Part shown: positions 1-12,915 of the stretch, piece by piece
How the letters are laid out: every line of letters begins with the position of its first letter
How positions within the stretch are numbered: the first letter of the stretch is position 1
DNA from: Octopus sinensis
Lineage: Eukaryota
Reading direction: 5' to 3'
DNA length: 64,000 nt
Assembly: GCF_006345805.1 (NCBI RefSeq)
Contig: NC_043000.1
Span: forward strand, 149,296,001-149,360,000
Program-made: the position numbers and the translations under genes
The notes under the pieces: model-generated
Seen by the model: the letters and a program-made list of their open reading frames with translations, nothing else
The model's database searches: none
Told to the model about the DNA's origin: nothing

Positions 1-847
1 AAACAAAGAAGGAGACTGCAGCTTGACAATAGTTGTGAGATGCGACTGCGTTTGAGTCACCTCCAGCCACGTTTTACCAAACTGGTGACAGAAAAGCAAC
101 CTCAAGGGTCGCATTAACATTTTTATCCTTGTACACTTTTTGTACTGTATACATTTTTCAAATTCTTAAGTAAAATTATTCATAGGCGCAGGAGTGGCTG
201 TGTGGTAAGTAGCTTGCTTACCAACGACATGGTTCCGGGTTCAGTCCCACTATTTGGCCTCTTGGGCAAGTGTCTTCTGCTATAGCCTCGGGCCGACCAA
301 TGCTTTGTGAGTGGATTTGGTAGACGGAAACTGAAAGAAGCCTGTCGTATATATGTATATATATATGTATGTGTGTGTATATGTTTGTGTGTCTGTGTTT
401 GTCCCCCTTATATTGCTTGACAACCGATGCTGGTGTGTTTACGTCCCCGTCACTTAGCGGTTCGGAAAAAGAGACCGATAAAATAAGTACTGGGCTTACA
501 AAGAATAAGTCCCGGGGTCGATTTGCTCGACTAAAGGCGGTGCTCCAGCATGGCCGCAGTCAAATGACTGAAACAAGTAAAAGAGTAAAGAGTAAGAGTA
601 TCCAGTTTCTGAGCTTCGTCCAAAAACCTTTAAATGATGAATGGTTCCAAACATGCAAAAAGTCTGAACTTTCATTATTGGTAAGTGTTACATTTTTTGC
701 TGGCTGATTAATGTATTAAATATAAACTGCTTATAACAATTTCAGTTGTAATTATAAAACCGTGCGATTTTTGGCTGTGACAAGGAGTTCATGGAACTCT
801 CAAACCGATTTTGGGGGTACACAGTTGAAAAAAGTTGAAAAGCGCTG
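1..847 (+). mobile_element. 3' end of hAT (Charlie-like) DNA transposon, interrupted by a SINE
   Basis: 1..117 translates KQRRRLQLDNSCEMRLRLSHLQPRFTKLVTEKQPQGSH*, a typical hAT/Charlie transposase C-terminus. The element ends in a Charlie-like TIR, ...GTTGAAAAGCGCTG, at 847. Confidence 0.75.
185..598 (+). mobile_element. tRNA-derived SINE family A with internal (TA)n(TG)n microsatellite
   Basis: A-box-like TGGCTGTGTGG and B-box-like GGTTCAGTCCC head, GTAAAAGA repeat tail; near-identical to five other copies in the window. Confidence 0.9.
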
Positions 848-849
848 GG

Positions 850-1750
850 TTAGAGAGATAGACCTGTAATTTTGTAGCACCTTCTTTGCTTCCTTCTTTA
901 TGGACAGCGTATATTATGCCTTCTTGTAACATTATGGAATATTTACCACATGCAAGGAAACTCTAGAAAAGTATCTGTAGTAGTTTTACGAGTGCTTTCT
1001 TGCATATCTTTAAAGGAACAGCCAGAAATCTATTTGGGTCCGTTGCTGAGTCCGAGTTAATCTCAACAATAATCTTTATATATAAAAGTGAAGTTGTGTG
1101 TCTGTCTCCTATGATTTAGATTCCTAACTACTCCCACATTTTGCGGTGCAGTTTAACCAAAAGTGGGTATCTTATAGTCGTGATTCATATCGAGCCCTTC
1201 TGGGTATTAGCGCACGTCTACGATGAGTCTACGATTTAAAAAAAAAATTACCATCATTTTTTCCCATTTTTAATGCACTTTTTTGCTATTATATCAGGGA
1301 AGTAACTCTCTAAAAATGCTTATATAGTTATTTCCCTTACAAACCCGAGCAACGCCGGGCGATACTGCTAGTTGATAATATATCTTCTTCCTTTATATTA
1401 GTATAATCGATATCTGCCTCTTCCTCGTGTACATCTGCGGTGCTGAAGGTCACATCAAGTTTACTTATTTGCATATCTCTGAGTGGAGAAGTGGAAAGAC
1501 TTAGGAATTGTTTATTTAGTATTTCAGTTATCCTTACAGAGTTTGCAATCAGTGTACCATTTTCTTCGAACAGTAGCCCTATATTGTAGCACACAGAGGC
1601 AGATTCTCTTGCAAATTTTAAGAAGGCTTGAGGATTCATTTTTATATTTTCATCCACCCTGTTTTTTTCTTTCTTCTCCATTTTTTTGTGGGAGAGTTTA
1701 TTTTCGATCTCTAAAAGTACATCTTTGAGGTGGGGTTTATCGCTGTCATC
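850..1750 (-). pseudogene. CR1-like LINE ORF2 remnant (linker and RT N-terminus), split by a Helitron
   Basis: ORF 1337..1681 contains ENIKMNPQAFLKFA...EILNKQF. 850..1060 gives degraded SATDP..LKICK..L..LF and NYRSIS-like motifs. Confidence 0.65.
1073..1371 (+). mobile_element. Non-autonomous Helitron
   Basis: 5' TC start, subterminal CCCGAGCAACGCCGGG hairpin, 3' CTAG; inserted between A and T with no TSD. Confidence 0.85.
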
Positions 1751-1778
1751 AAATTGCTTATCTAAGCGATTGATCTTT

Positions 1779-2180
1779 GAGGGTTACCCACTCGCAAACA
1801 AATGTGGTAACATATAACAATATTGACCAAGGTTACCGTGGTCTTTTTCGTAGGCTTTTCTTCCCACGGATAAACCTTACTTGCTTTCCCCTTTACACCA
1901 TACATCATGACACTGTGATACACGATCCCTATTGATCTTTTTTCTTCCTCTCCCCCCTTTTTTTCCCTTTTTTCTTCTTTTTTTCATTTCTCTTTTCCTT
2001 TGTTCCTTTTCCTTTTTTTCTTTTTTTTTTGTTCTTTTTTTCCCTTTTACGATCCCTTTTGATCGAAAACCTACACCACCTTTTTTTGTTTCTTTTTTTT
2101 TTTTTTTCATCCCCCAAAAGAAAAGCTCTACCTTGTAACTTGTCCCATCTGTGTGCAGCCCTGAGTGGCCAATAAAGAAA
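1779..2180 (+). mobile_element. 5'-truncated LINE 3' UTR (L1/Tx1-like tail) with 22-bp TSD
   Basis: CTTATCTAAGCGATTGATCTTT is duplicated at 1757..1778 and 2181..2202. The tail ends AATAAAGAAA; a related copy lies at 41940..42085. Confidence 0.75.
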
Positions 2181-2290
2181 CTTATCTAAGCGATTGATCT
2201 TTATTCTGTCTTATTAGGACTCTCCAGTCTCCGGGAATAATGTTTCTGTATGTATTGGCTCTCCTCTCCGAGATAAATTTAATGCATATT

Positions 2291-2677
2291 CTCTTTTACT
2301 TGTTTCAGTCATTTGACTGCGGCCATGCTGGAGCACCGCCTTTAGTCGAGAAAATCGACCCCGGGACTTATTCTTTGTAAGCCCAGTACTTATTCTATCG
2401 GTCTCTTTTTCCGAACCGCTAAGTGACGGGGACGTAAACACACCAGCATCGGTTGTCAAGCAATGCTAGGGGGACAAACACACAAACACATACACATATA
2501 TATACATATATATACGACAGGCTTCTTTCAGTTTCCGTCTACCAAATCCACTCACAAGGCATTGGTCGGCCCGAGGCTCTAGCAGAAGACACTTGCCCAA
2601 GATGCCACGCAGTGGGACTGAACTCGGAACCATGTGGTTGGTTAGCAAGCTACTTACCACACAGCCACTCCTGCGCC
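2291..2677 (-). mobile_element. SINE family A
   Basis: Reverse complement of the 185..598 element. Confidence 0.9.
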
Positions 2678-3585
2678 TATGTCTCACATTTTTGAGTTTC
2701 GCATCAATTCGCTTCGGGATCTGTTTTTCCAGTTGACTTCCAGTTAGCTTTATAGAAATTTTCTGTGAGTGACAGCAGTTACATTTGCCAGATGCCTTCG
2801 CTAAGCAGAATAATGTCTTTGCCACTCTCTTAACCTCTTCTATGCCAGCAAATGCTAGAAAAGACCGCCAACAAAATTCATTGTTCTCAACAATATGTGT
2901 CTCCTTCTAGCTAGTTTGGATACTTATAAATACTAAAACACCGTAGGAAAAAGTGAGTTGGCAAAAAGGAGATGACGTAGAGGCGACCACAGGCAGAATC
3001 CAGTTAGTGAGAGAATTCAACTGAGAGAAGGTTTACAGTGAGAATGTCAACTATGATACAATGTCTTGTCATAACACCACTGCTGTTTAAATGTCAGGGA
3101 CCATGAAGGTATTATTCTATCGACTTAACATTGACTCTATCTTTCTCTAATTCCTAGTTAGGCAGCTATCAGCTGACCAAGCATAACCAGCAACAACATA
3201 CAAGAAAAGACAACTATATTGTTTCTGTATGATACACACACCTGCCCGTTGAGGCCTGGCATTATACAAAGTAACGGTAAGTAAATAATTCTTTACAATT
3301 TTGATCACTGTTCTTCTTCCACCTTGCATACTGGCAAACCAGCATCTTAACAACTGTTACAATTGGTGACCCTCGACTGCAACGAAGAACTAACCATTAC
3401 ATGTCCTTCTCTATGTCTCTCTCTATCTCTCTCAGTATCTCCCTCTCTTTCTCTCTCTCTCTCTCTGCATGTATATGTGTCTCTCTCTTACTACATCTAC
3501 CTCTTTTTCTCTCTAGAGAAAATGTACGTGAAACAGATAAAAAGGGAGTTAGGGAGAAAAAAACGAAACAGAGGGGCAAGAGACA

Positions 3586-3624
3586 GATCGCGCGCACACA
3601 CACACACACACACGTACACACACG

Positions 3625-3676
<52 letters not shown>
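3586..3676. repeat. (CA)n microsatellite
   Basis: Direct reading. Confidence 0.95.
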
Positions 3677-3677
<1 letters not shown>

Positions 3678-3859
3678 ATTCTAGCGGGCCTCCCGGTCTT
3701 TGCCCGGTCTGTATGATGCTTAAATGTATTTGTAAGGTACATATTGACATCTAATCGTAATGCTAATTTTCCTTACAATAAACGTTGTTAAAAAGGTATT
3801 TCAATATTGCATAACATAATTTTAAAAAATTATTTAGAATAACTAAATTGTGCTACAAA

Positions 3860-4115
3860 TACTACCATCAGAACCACTAATACCTATTCATCCTCTCAAT
3901 CGAAGGAGAAGAGCTTTCTCCGTCCGGGTTGCGGATCCGTGGAACAAGCTGCCAGACGAGATGGTGAAGATGCCGACGACCGCTTTGTTCAAAGTCTCCC
4001 TTGACCTCAAGTGGCCTGAACTCTTTACATGAACACCACCCTGTACATAACTCCATGTCCCCCTACATGGCCTTGCTATTTGCTTTTGAGCCAAAAAATT
4101 AACTAACTAACTAAC
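3860..4115 (+). pseudogene. CR1-like LINE 3' terminal fragment
   Basis: RRRAFSVRVADPWNKLPDEMV...FKVSLD is a CR1 ORF2 C-terminus; it is followed by a short UTR and a (TAAC)n tail. Confidence 0.75.
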
Positions 4116-4289
4116 TATACTGCCATCACTACTACAACTTATTTCCATCACCACAACTAGCACCACAACTACTGCCAACACCAGTACAACTAATACCACA
4201 ACTACAGAGACATCTCCACTACAACTATCACAACTACCACCACCAATACTAACAATACTCCTTTTGCAGAAAACCGGAAAGGAAGGGCC

Positions 4290-5090
4290 CTACTCAGTTA
4301 CAGATAAGCACATCTCAGCCAAATATTGCAAAGATGCGGTAATTTTGTGGGATGAATGTACAATGGCATACATATACGCATTAGAAGCCTTCAATAGAAC
4401 ACAGGAAGATATACGGAACAGCATAGCGATTATGGGAGGATTTATTGTTGTTTTATCAGGGGGCTTCCGACAAGCTTTACTTGTAATATCGTGGAGGCGC
4501 AATGGCCCAGGGGTTAGGGCAGCGGACTCGCGGTCTAGGATCGCGGTTTCGATTCCCAGACCGGGCGTTGTGAGTGTTTATTGAGCGAAAACACCTAAAG
4601 CTCCACGAGGCTCCGGCAGGGATGGTGGTGATCCCTGCTGTACTCTTTCACCACAACTTTCTCTCACTCTTACTTCCTGTTTCTGTTGTACCTGTATTTC
4701 AAAGGGCCGGCCTTGTCACTCTCTGTGTCACGCTGAATATCCCCGAGAATTACGTTAAGGGTGCACGTGTCTGTGGAGTGCTCAGCCACTTACACGTTAA
4801 TTTCACGAGCAGGCTGTTCCGTTGATTCGGCTGTTCCGTTGATCAACCGGAACCCTCGTCGTCGTAACCGACGGAGTGCTTCCACTTGTAATATCAAAGG
4901 GAACTCGCGCAGATCAAGTATACAGTTGCCTAAAGTCGTCAACTTTATGGCCATGCATCACCAAACTCAAGTTAAGAACAAACATGCGGGCACAAATATA
5001 AGGTGACGACGTTTCTGCTGAGTTTGCTCGAAATCTTCTAAAACCTGGCGAAGGCAAAATTTGTCTTGATACTGAAAGGGGTTTGAAATG
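4290..5090 (+). pseudogene. Helitron PIF1-like helicase fragment split by a SINE
   Basis: ILWDECTM (Walker B) and MGG..VVLSGGFRQ lie before the SINE. KGTRADQV..CLKSS.LW...L.TNMR resumes after it. Confidence 0.8.
4491..4883 (+). mobile_element. tRNA-derived SINE family B with 12-bp TSD
   Basis: tRNA-like head GGCGCAATGGCCC...GGTTTCGATTCCC; TSD ACTTGTAATATC at 4479..4490 and 4884..4895. Confidence 0.9.
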
Positions 5091-5149
5091 ACCGGAAGGG
5101 AATGGGTGAAGAAAAAGTTCTTTCAAAGACACGAGAGTGCAAGAGAAGG

Positions 5150-6410
5150 AGGAATGTGTGTGTATGTGTGGGTATGTGGGTGCGCGCAGTCTGTGTGTGT
5201 GTGTGCGTGTGCGTGTGTGTGTGTGTGAGTGTGTGCTGTGTGTATGGGAGGTATGTATGGGTTAATTTACGTGTGCGTGTGTGTGTATGTGTGTGCGTGT
5301 GTATATACATGTATGCGTGTGAGTGTATGTGCGTGTGTACATGTGTGTATGTGCGTGTGTTTTGTGTGTGTGCATGTGCATGTGTGTGTGAACGAGGGAT
5401 TGTGTAGGGGTATAGCTGCGTTTTTTGCGCGTGTATGCATGTGCATGTATGTTGGTGTATATGTGTATGTGCGTGTATGTGTGTACGTGTGTACGTATGT
5501 GGGTGTATATACGTGTATGCGTGGGTTGTGTGTGTTAGGTATGTGTGCATTCTTGTGCATGTGTGCGTGCGTATGTGTGCGCATGTGTGTGTATGTATCT
5601 ATATGTGTATGCGTATGTGTATGTGTGTGTGCGTGCATGCATATATTGTGTGTGTGTGTATGTATGTGTGTGTATGTGAATTTGTGTAGCGTGTGTGGGT
5701 GGGTTGTGAGGGGTTGTGTGTGGGGTTTGTTTAGGCGTATATGTGCGTACCTGTGTGTATGTGCGTGCGTGCGCGTGCGCGTGTGCGTGTGCTTACGTGC
5801 GTGTGTGCGTTTATGTGCGTGTGTGTTTGTGCCCGTGTGTGTGTAAATGTGTGCGTGTCTGTATGTGTATTGTGTGTATTGGAGGTATATGTGCGAACAT
5901 GTGCTAGTGTGTGTGTATGTACGTGTGTGTGTGTATGTGTATGTGTATGTGCGTGTGTGTATGTGCGTGTGTATATGTGCGTGTGTACATTGTGTATCTG
6001 CATGCGTGTGTATAATGTGTGTGTGAACGTGGGGATGTGTGTCGGATTGTGTGTGCATTTTGTTGCGTGTATGCGCGTGCGCTTGAGTATGTGTGTGTAT
6101 GTGGTTGTGTGTACGTTTATGTGTGTGTGTGTATATAGGTACGTGTGTCTGTGTGTGTATATAGGTATGTGTGTCTGTGTGTGCGTGAGGTTGTGTGAGT
6201 TAGGTATCTGTGCATTCCTGTGCGTGTATATGTGTGTGTGTACGTTTGTGCACGTGTGTGGAAGTATGTGTGTGTATATGTGCGTGTATGTGTGTTGTAT
6301 GTGTGTGCTGTGTGTGGGAGGTATATGTGAGTTCGTGTGTGTGCACGGATGCGTGTGTTTTTTTTTGTGTGGATATGTACGTATGTGTGTGTATGTGTGC
6401 GTGTATATAG
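5150..6410. repeat. Degenerate TG-rich simple-repeat block
   Basis: About 1.25 kb of mixed TG/TGTA/TGCG units; source of the VCVC and HTHT ORFs. Confidence 0.95.
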
Positions 6411-6538
6411 AAATATAAACAATAAGTTATAAAAACAACTTATAAAAACTGAGTTTGAAAGGAAATAAGGAAGTTAATGCAATATAAATGGCGCAATTAC
6501 AAGCAAAATGTGTGCGCATGTGTGTGTGTACGTGTGTG

Positions 6539-6577
<39 letters not shown>

Positions 6578-6844
6578 TAAATAAAACATATGCATATATA
6601 TATACATAAATGTACGTACCATATACATGTACATATACACGCATATATGAGTACAGGACACCAAAAAGACGTCGAACACAATGAGAAACGAAAACATAGA
6701 CACAAACCCAAGGAACTGGACAGTTTTTTTAAACAACAAAAAAATAGAGTACAGGCCAATTAACACAAAGAAAAAACCCCTTCTTCAGTCGCTATGGTTT
6801 CATCTACTCTACGTTTCGAAGGTATATATATATATATATCTGAA

Positions 6845-7200
6845 GTCCCACGGCGGTCACTGGTTGGCTGATTACGTGACAAGTTAAGGCGTGTGGTCAG
6901 GTTTGAGAGGAGAGTGTGGGCAGGTTCGTTGAATGATCTTTAGATCAGCGGAGCGTGTGGAGTTATGAGCCAGGCTGTGTTGTAGGGAAGGATCGGAAGT
7001 GAGGGAGTAGGCATGTCCAACCAGAAGTGCCACGGTGTGGGCATGCGGCATCAGTGAAGCGCGAGGAATGAGTTGGCGGCGGACAGCGCATCAAAGTAGA
7101 CATGTGAGACTGAACAGCGACGGATAACGCACGTGGTCATGGAGTGAACCTTGCAGATCGAGATAGCACGCGGACGTTGAAAGTGACCCTTTTCCCGCAC
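6845..7200 (-). pseudogene. Possible N-terminal fragment of a Penelope-like ORF
   Basis: Frameshifted QSHMSTLMRC..RQLIPR motif, and the same purine-rich strand bias as the PLE at 50.7-52.9 kb. Confidence 0.3.
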
Positions 7201-7269
7201 CGACAGGTAAGCCTACCGTAATTCTTCTTACGTTGAAAACAGGTGTGTGCATTTTAACCCCAGAGAAAG

Positions 7270-7480
7270 TAGCAGTGGAATCACTGTTCAAATTTATGGA
7301 CGAATTCTTCCTGTCTCAACTCGTGCTCGTGTCAACGAAATTCAACAAAAACACCCCAGACTTAGTGTTAAGTAACCATACAAAAACTATCCATGATATT
7401 GCAATGGAGGAAACTCTTCTCTCATACCACGATATGGTTCTTTGTAGCCTGAGGTTTCGGCAGCCTAGAGAAAAACCTGA
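7270..7480 (+). pseudogene. APE endonuclease C-terminal fragment of a CR1-like LINE
   Basis: FLSQLV...NTPDLVLSN...LLSYHDMV matches the LDL..N and SDH motifs of APE domains. Confidence 0.55.
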
Positions 7481-8761
7481 CTATCACACACCAGCGCGTC
7501 CTTTCGATCTCAAGGCTAACTGGAAGGAAAACACCCTAACCTTAATTAATTTTAAGGATCGTAATTAGATTAGAAGCGACTCGACGAACTACTTCGATAC
7601 CACCATGGGTTCGTCGGACTCAGCCCAGCTGACAGCCCTTGTGGGTCTGTATTTCCTGTCTCAACTCAAGAAAAGTTTCCAAACGTTTCTTATGGGCTCT
7701 ATAGGGACGACACACTCTTGGCAGTAAATGGTTTATCTAAACCGGAGACCAAGCGAATTAAGATGTCATTAAGAAAATTTCTTTTGAATTTCTTTAATCT
7801 CAATATTGCAGTTGAGACTGACACAAAAATCACCAACTTTTTAGACGTCACATTTAATTTAAATACTAAGTTGTATTACCCATACAACAAACCAAACCAA
7901 ACATTACAATATATAAACGTCTCTTCTAATCATCCGAAATTAACCATCGATAGTATCATCATGGCCATCTCCATTATAAAATCCAACCTATCAACAAACG
8001 AGGAGATTTTTAACGCACACGTACCAATTTATAATCATCCCCCAAAATTAAGCGGCTTTCATGATCCTATTTTCTACATCCCTGACACCAAACTCAAAAC
8101 TAAATTAGCTAATTTAACACCCCACAGTAATTCTGATACGACTAAAACGATCCCCTCCTTAAGTTATAAACCTATAAGGAAACCTGTTGTTAACCAAATT
8201 AAATTTATAATCCCAATACTAGTAATCGTAATAAATATAGTCCCCCTCTATCTGAACATTCTAAAATACTCTAAATCTAGGAAAAGACAAATTATTTGGT
8301 TGTCCCCCCCTATTTCTTCTCAGAGTAAAAAATCTACTAAAACAGTTCTTCAAAATTCTTAAAATTTCCCAAGCACCATATATACTACGCTATATTTAAT
8401 AAACATTCTATAAAATTATCTTACTCTACTACGCCTAATTTGGGTTCAATTATCGCATCTACAAACAAATAAAATTCAACTCCAAACGACTAAGAGCGTA
8501 GATCACCATAAGATACCCCTACAAGTCCAAATAATATTAATAAAACAAAAATTATAGATAAGAAGGCAAAAATGTGTAATTATAGGGCCCCTGAATTACG
8601 TCCGCTTGCGGGTATATGTCTACGCAATCTATAAATGTACAGTGACAAATGATAAACATGAAGCTAGTGTATATATAGGAAGCGCTAAAGACTTAAAAAA
8701 AAACGATATAGAACACGCGTAAATTCCTTTAATAAATTAAAACAAAAATTCTACGGCGTTA

Positions 8762-8902
8762 GTTGGTCTCCATCTAGAAGAGGGTTGTTCCTCACATGGT
8801 CAATTGTACGTAGGCTGTTCCAGAGTAGGAAGCCCATCGAAACTCTTCATATATGCTCCAAAGACAAAAGTTAAAAACATTGTCTATACTGAAGTTCTGT
8901 AA
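8762..8902 (+). pseudogene. Helitron helicase C-terminal fragment inside the PLE
   Basis: VGLHL...SHGQLYVGCSRVG...KNIVYTEVL* (PIF1 motif VI and terminus). Confidence 0.8.
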
Positions 8903-9501
8903 ATGTGTTATAATTTTCTCTTTTATTATCTCTATTACTTTCTGCATTTAGATATTCTAATTGCTGCCCTTGTATCTATTTTAGGAAGGTTTACCAATGG
9001 AGGGCTGGTTAACCCTGAAACCTTCCTGCATTAAAACATTCCATCAAAATTTCATGCTAATTGATCTTAAAATTACACGACTTAAAATTACAGAACATTA
9101 ATTATACATTGTGCTGGTCAACCAGGAATGAGGCCCCACCATACAATACCATTACTGGCAGATGCCGATTGTGTATAAAAGAATCATACATTATCCTTCG
9201 CATGTTTAATTCAACTGTTTTAGATAAGTTTTCTTATGCTATTCATTCCTACAACCATTGATACTATTCAACTTTCATGAGACGATTTAAATTCGAACCC
9301 ACTTAGCAATATTTTCTGTTGCACAACAATATATCACCAATACTAATATAAATTTTAAGAAAGTCACTAAACAATCTAATTTTTCTCCCATCAGCCCTCA
9401 TAATAACTTCCATAATTTACATAGCTTATCCGCTCTTCTATAAAAGCATCAAATTATCTCATACTTGGTAAGGCATTAAATGCATATCTTAGCGTATATA
9501 C

Positions 9502-9596
9502 TATTTTTCTCTGATGATGGGGGCATTCTGAGAAAATGAATCTTAAGATTCATATATAATCTGGATGAATGTACCCCTGAGACGATCGTTGGAATA
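9502..9596 (+). ncRNA. Degenerate minimal type-I hammerhead ribozyme in PLE 3' end
   Basis: CUGAUGA-U-[GGGGGCAUUC...GAAUGUACCCC]-U-GAGA-CGAUCG-UU. Helix III is the palindrome ACGAUCGU; A14 is changed to G and stem I is weak. Confidence 0.6.
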
Positions 9597-9661
9597 CCTT
9601 ATTTTCCTCTAATATGTTACCCCAAACTATTTTTAATGCCTATTACTTTCTCTGTATTATA

Positions 9662-10077
9662 CTCTTTTACTCTTTTACTTGTTTCAGTCATTTGACTGCG
9701 GCCATGCTGTAGCACCGCCTTTAGTCGAGCAAATCGACCCCGGGACTTATTCTTTGTAAGCCCAGTACTTATTCTATCGGTCTCTTTTGCCGAACCGCTA
9801 GTGACGGGGACGTAAACACACCAGCATCGGTTGTCAAGTAATGCTAGGGGGACAGACACAGACACACAAACATATACACACACACTTATAATATATATAT
9901 ATATACATATATACGACAGGCTTCTTTCAGTTTCCGTCTACCAAAATCCACTCACAAGGCATTGGTCGGCCCGGGGCTATAGAGGAAGACACTTGCCCAA
10001 GATTCCACGCAGTGGGACTGAACCCGGAACCATGTGGTTGGTTAGCAAGCTACTTACCACACAGCCACTCGTGCGCC
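9662..10077 (-). mobile_element. SINE family A
   Basis: Homology to the other copies. Confidence 0.9.
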
Positions 10078-10278
10078 TATATTTAAAATTTTTAAAAACG
10101 TTTTTCTATATTTCATTATTTTTATCTATATTCTATCATTATTTTAGTATATCTATATATCTATATGTCCATGTATATTTTTAGTGTTCATATTTTCTTT
10201 ATTCTATATATTTATATTTCTAATATATCAAAATATGTTTCAAATTGGACATTTCTTATTTTATCCTAATTAAACCCG

Positions 10279-10310
<32 letters not shown>

Positions 10311-10451
10311 CATCGTGGTCTGCCTGATTCGAGCATTTTCTATTGTATCTATTATACTTGCTTAGCGCCTCGGGGGTTCGACTTGAGCACTTCTACGCTA
10401 TGTTTTTCGAAATAAAATTATATAATAATAATAATAATAATAATAATCATG

Positions 10452-10790
10452 ATGATTTCTTTTACTTTCCACCAGGGCGAAGGATGAGGGGAACAATACA
10501 AAGACAGGCATAAAGTGTAGGAGTTTACATATGATGGAATGATTATTTTAAAAAATGTATACACGGTATACATTGGAAGAAGGGAAGTGTATACGACACT
10601 AGAAAAAATCATGGTTATAGGGCCTTCCTGATACAGAAAGAGCTCTAGGGATAATCGAGGAACCCCACCATCCAAGATCACTCAGAATACCGAGGACGAG
10701 TGCCCTCTCCAACACCATTCTTCTGATTCACAGGTCTACTTTTTAGCAACGGAGATCACCATATTGGCAGAAAAAATAGCTATTTCAACC
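10452..10790 (-). mobile_element. L1/Tx1-like LINE 3' end fragment
   Basis: Homologous to 42836..43400 (shared GAGGAACCCCACCATCCAAGAT and CTGA.TCACAGGTCTAC blocks). Confidence 0.6.
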
Positions 10791-11069
10791 TTTTTTTTAA
10801 TGAGCGAACTTCCCTTATTTATTCTTGTTTGATCTGAGGTATTATCTGCAAATAATTAGAGTGGAAAGACAAGAGATTTGACTTGACCTTATATGCCCAG
10901 ATGTCCACTAAATTGAATTTGTCTAGTTCAGAGATCACGTATTTGTTGACGATGAATATTTACTCTCATTCTTAAAGTGAGTTTAGTTTCTCTATTGCAT
11001 TTGATGGCATATTAAATTTTTTGAAGAACAAGCAAAATAGTTTCCACATTATATGTAATATCAAGCATA

Positions 11070-11218
11070 TTTGTGATTAAGAAGCTTACTTTGCAGCTAT
11101 GGAGTTTCAGGTTCAATCCCCCTGCGTAACAGCTTGGGTAGGTATCTTCTACTATAACCCCAGACCAACCAATGCCTTGTGAGTGAACTTGTAGACGGAA
11201 ACTCTGTGGAAGCCTGTC

Positions 11219-11249
<31 letters not shown>

Positions 11250-12482
11250 TGTATGTATGTATGTATGTATGTATATGGTAGCATGTTCTAAAACGCCCCA
11301 AATAGCATAATCCAGAACGTTTAGATCTGGGCTAGAAGGCGGCCATAAACATGATTCCAAAAAATGACTAAGTTTGGATTTGCAGAAATCTTGTATTTTT
11401 CTAGCTGTGTGGGCTGGAGCACCATCCTCCATCCATACATAATTACCAGCTGGGTAGTTTGCTTTAAGCCTTGGCAATACCCGGTATCTCAGAGTCTTTT
11501 AGTAAGTATTAACATTGATCTTTTCATCAGATTTGTAGAATTTTATAGGCATTTTCTTTCCATCGGAAACCACAACACCAAAAGCCATAACTTGAGCAGG
11601 ATGTTTTGTTTTGAATGTCCCCTTAGCCTCAGCTGTCGATTTTGCGATAAATCTGTCATTTCTGCGGTTCAGAACAGTCTCGACAGTGAAGATCTTTTCG
11701 TCTGAAAAGATCGTTACAATGGAGGACTTTTACTTGAACCAGGTAATAATTTTCTTGCACCTTTCCAATCTCTTTTCCTTCATAGCTGTTGTCAACAAGT
11801 GTTTTGGTGTTCTTATGTAAGATTTTAACCTCAAATCATATTTTACTGCATTTCTAATGGTGTTGTTGTCTACCTCAAGTTCAATTACCATTTTTCTCAT
11901 AGATTTGGTTGGATCCTTTAGGATTTGAGATTGGAGAGCTTTAATAAAAGCTTTGGTACGTTTTTTGTTGATGCCTCCACTTCCAGACTTCCTCGTAATA
12001 GTTTTGCTGATAGTCAATCTATTCTTTACATTATAAACAGTCTTTATGGACACTCCAACTATTCTTGAAATCTCCTTTGGTGTGACGAGTGCATTCAGCA
12101 AATCACACACTCTTTGAGGTTTGCTTTCCTGATTACTCATATGGGCAAAAGTTTCTGAAAAGATAAGGATAATAGTGTTAGGTATGATTATGGCATCAAT
12201 ATATGCTAGGTTTCAAAACAATTGATTTAGTGCCTGCTGAGAAAAATAACTTAACGTCCATTGTAAATTTTGCTTCCCCACCATGTATCATTGTGTCTGT
12301 ATTTGTCTCCTACTACTGCTTGACAAACGGTGTTGGTGTGTTTGCGTAACCAGCAAAAGAGAGCGATAGAATTAGTACCAGGCTTTAAAAATAAGTACTG
12401 GGTCGATTTATTCGACTAAAAATGCAAGGCGGTGCCCTAGCATGGCTGCAGTCTAATGACTGAAGCAAGTGAAAAGTAAAAG

Positions 12483-12483
<1 letters not shown>
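11070..12483 (+). mobile_element. Diverged SINE family A split by a maT transposon
   Basis: 5' half at about 11070..11220, then (TATG)n; 3' half at about 12290..12483. Confidence 0.7.
11275..12285 (-). mobile_element. Tc1/mariner superfamily transposon, DD37D (maT-like), 3' truncated
   Basis: HTH N-terminus (ORF 11730..12140), FSDE, and DGA followed 37 residues later by the D of WPPSSPDLNVLD. Has in-frame stops; TIR abuts TA at 12286. Confidence 0.85.
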
Positions 12484-12561
<78 letters not shown>

Positions 12562-12719
12562 GCAAATAAGAAAATGGAGAGGATACAAAACGACATATAT
12601 CATCCGGTAGACATTCCAGTGTGTCTATTTATTCGAAACCATTAGAAAGTATTAGAAGAAAACATACACATGTAATAACTATGTTACACACACATGTATT
12701 AATATTAGCAGTAGCACCA

Positions 12720-12915
12720 ATAATTCTCTGAGCCCTTGGAGCAGTGAGCAAAAATCTCGAAAAGTACGTGGAAACAATCGGGGCTGCAGAAAACAGCACT
12801 GCTTGGAACCGCTCGAATACACCGGAAGGTGCTCGAAAAATTTAACTAGCAATTAGTAGTTAAAACGCACCCTAGAAATGAGCAGAGTAATAATAATAAT
12901 AATAATAATAATAAT
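12720..12915 (+). pseudogene. Dong/R4-like LINE 3' fragment with (AAT)n tail
   Basis: ALGAVSKNLEKY...LQKTALLGTARI.RKVL, followed by an (AAT)n run. Confidence 0.65.

Larger units (their letters stand above)
7575..9600 (+). mobile_element. Degraded Penelope-like element (Naiad-type motifs): RT C-half, GIY-YIG, 3' pLTR
   Basis: FDTTMGSSDSA, YRDD, FLDVTFNL..YYPYNKPN, AIY...YIG and CRLCIKE; collinear with the ORF at 33.5-34.9 kb. Confidence 0.8.

Noticed and set aside
369-707. Recurrent ORF TTDAGVFTSPSLSG... and GTAAGT donor-like site at 681
   Set aside because: The ORF is SINE-A sequence, and the donor lies in hAT 3' non-coding DNA with no acceptor or partner exon.
1757-1778. Sequence-specific Tx1 target (U2, 5S or tRNA) at the 22-bp TSD
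   Set aside because: The flank is a CR1 remnant and matches no RNA gene I recognise.
4491-4570. tRNA genes at SINE heads
   Set aside because: No complete cloverleaf; the heads run into SINE bodies with TSDs.
5038-6422. Long ORFs rich in VC, HT, MY or YI (also at 16-18, 35, 40-42, 48-49 and 60 kb)
   Set aside because: They are translations of stop-free microsatellites, not proteins.
6780-6825. Hammerhead on minus strand (GAAACGTA and CTGAAGA)
   Set aside because: The halves are in the wrong order for type I and stem I is not complementary; at best a truncated remnant.
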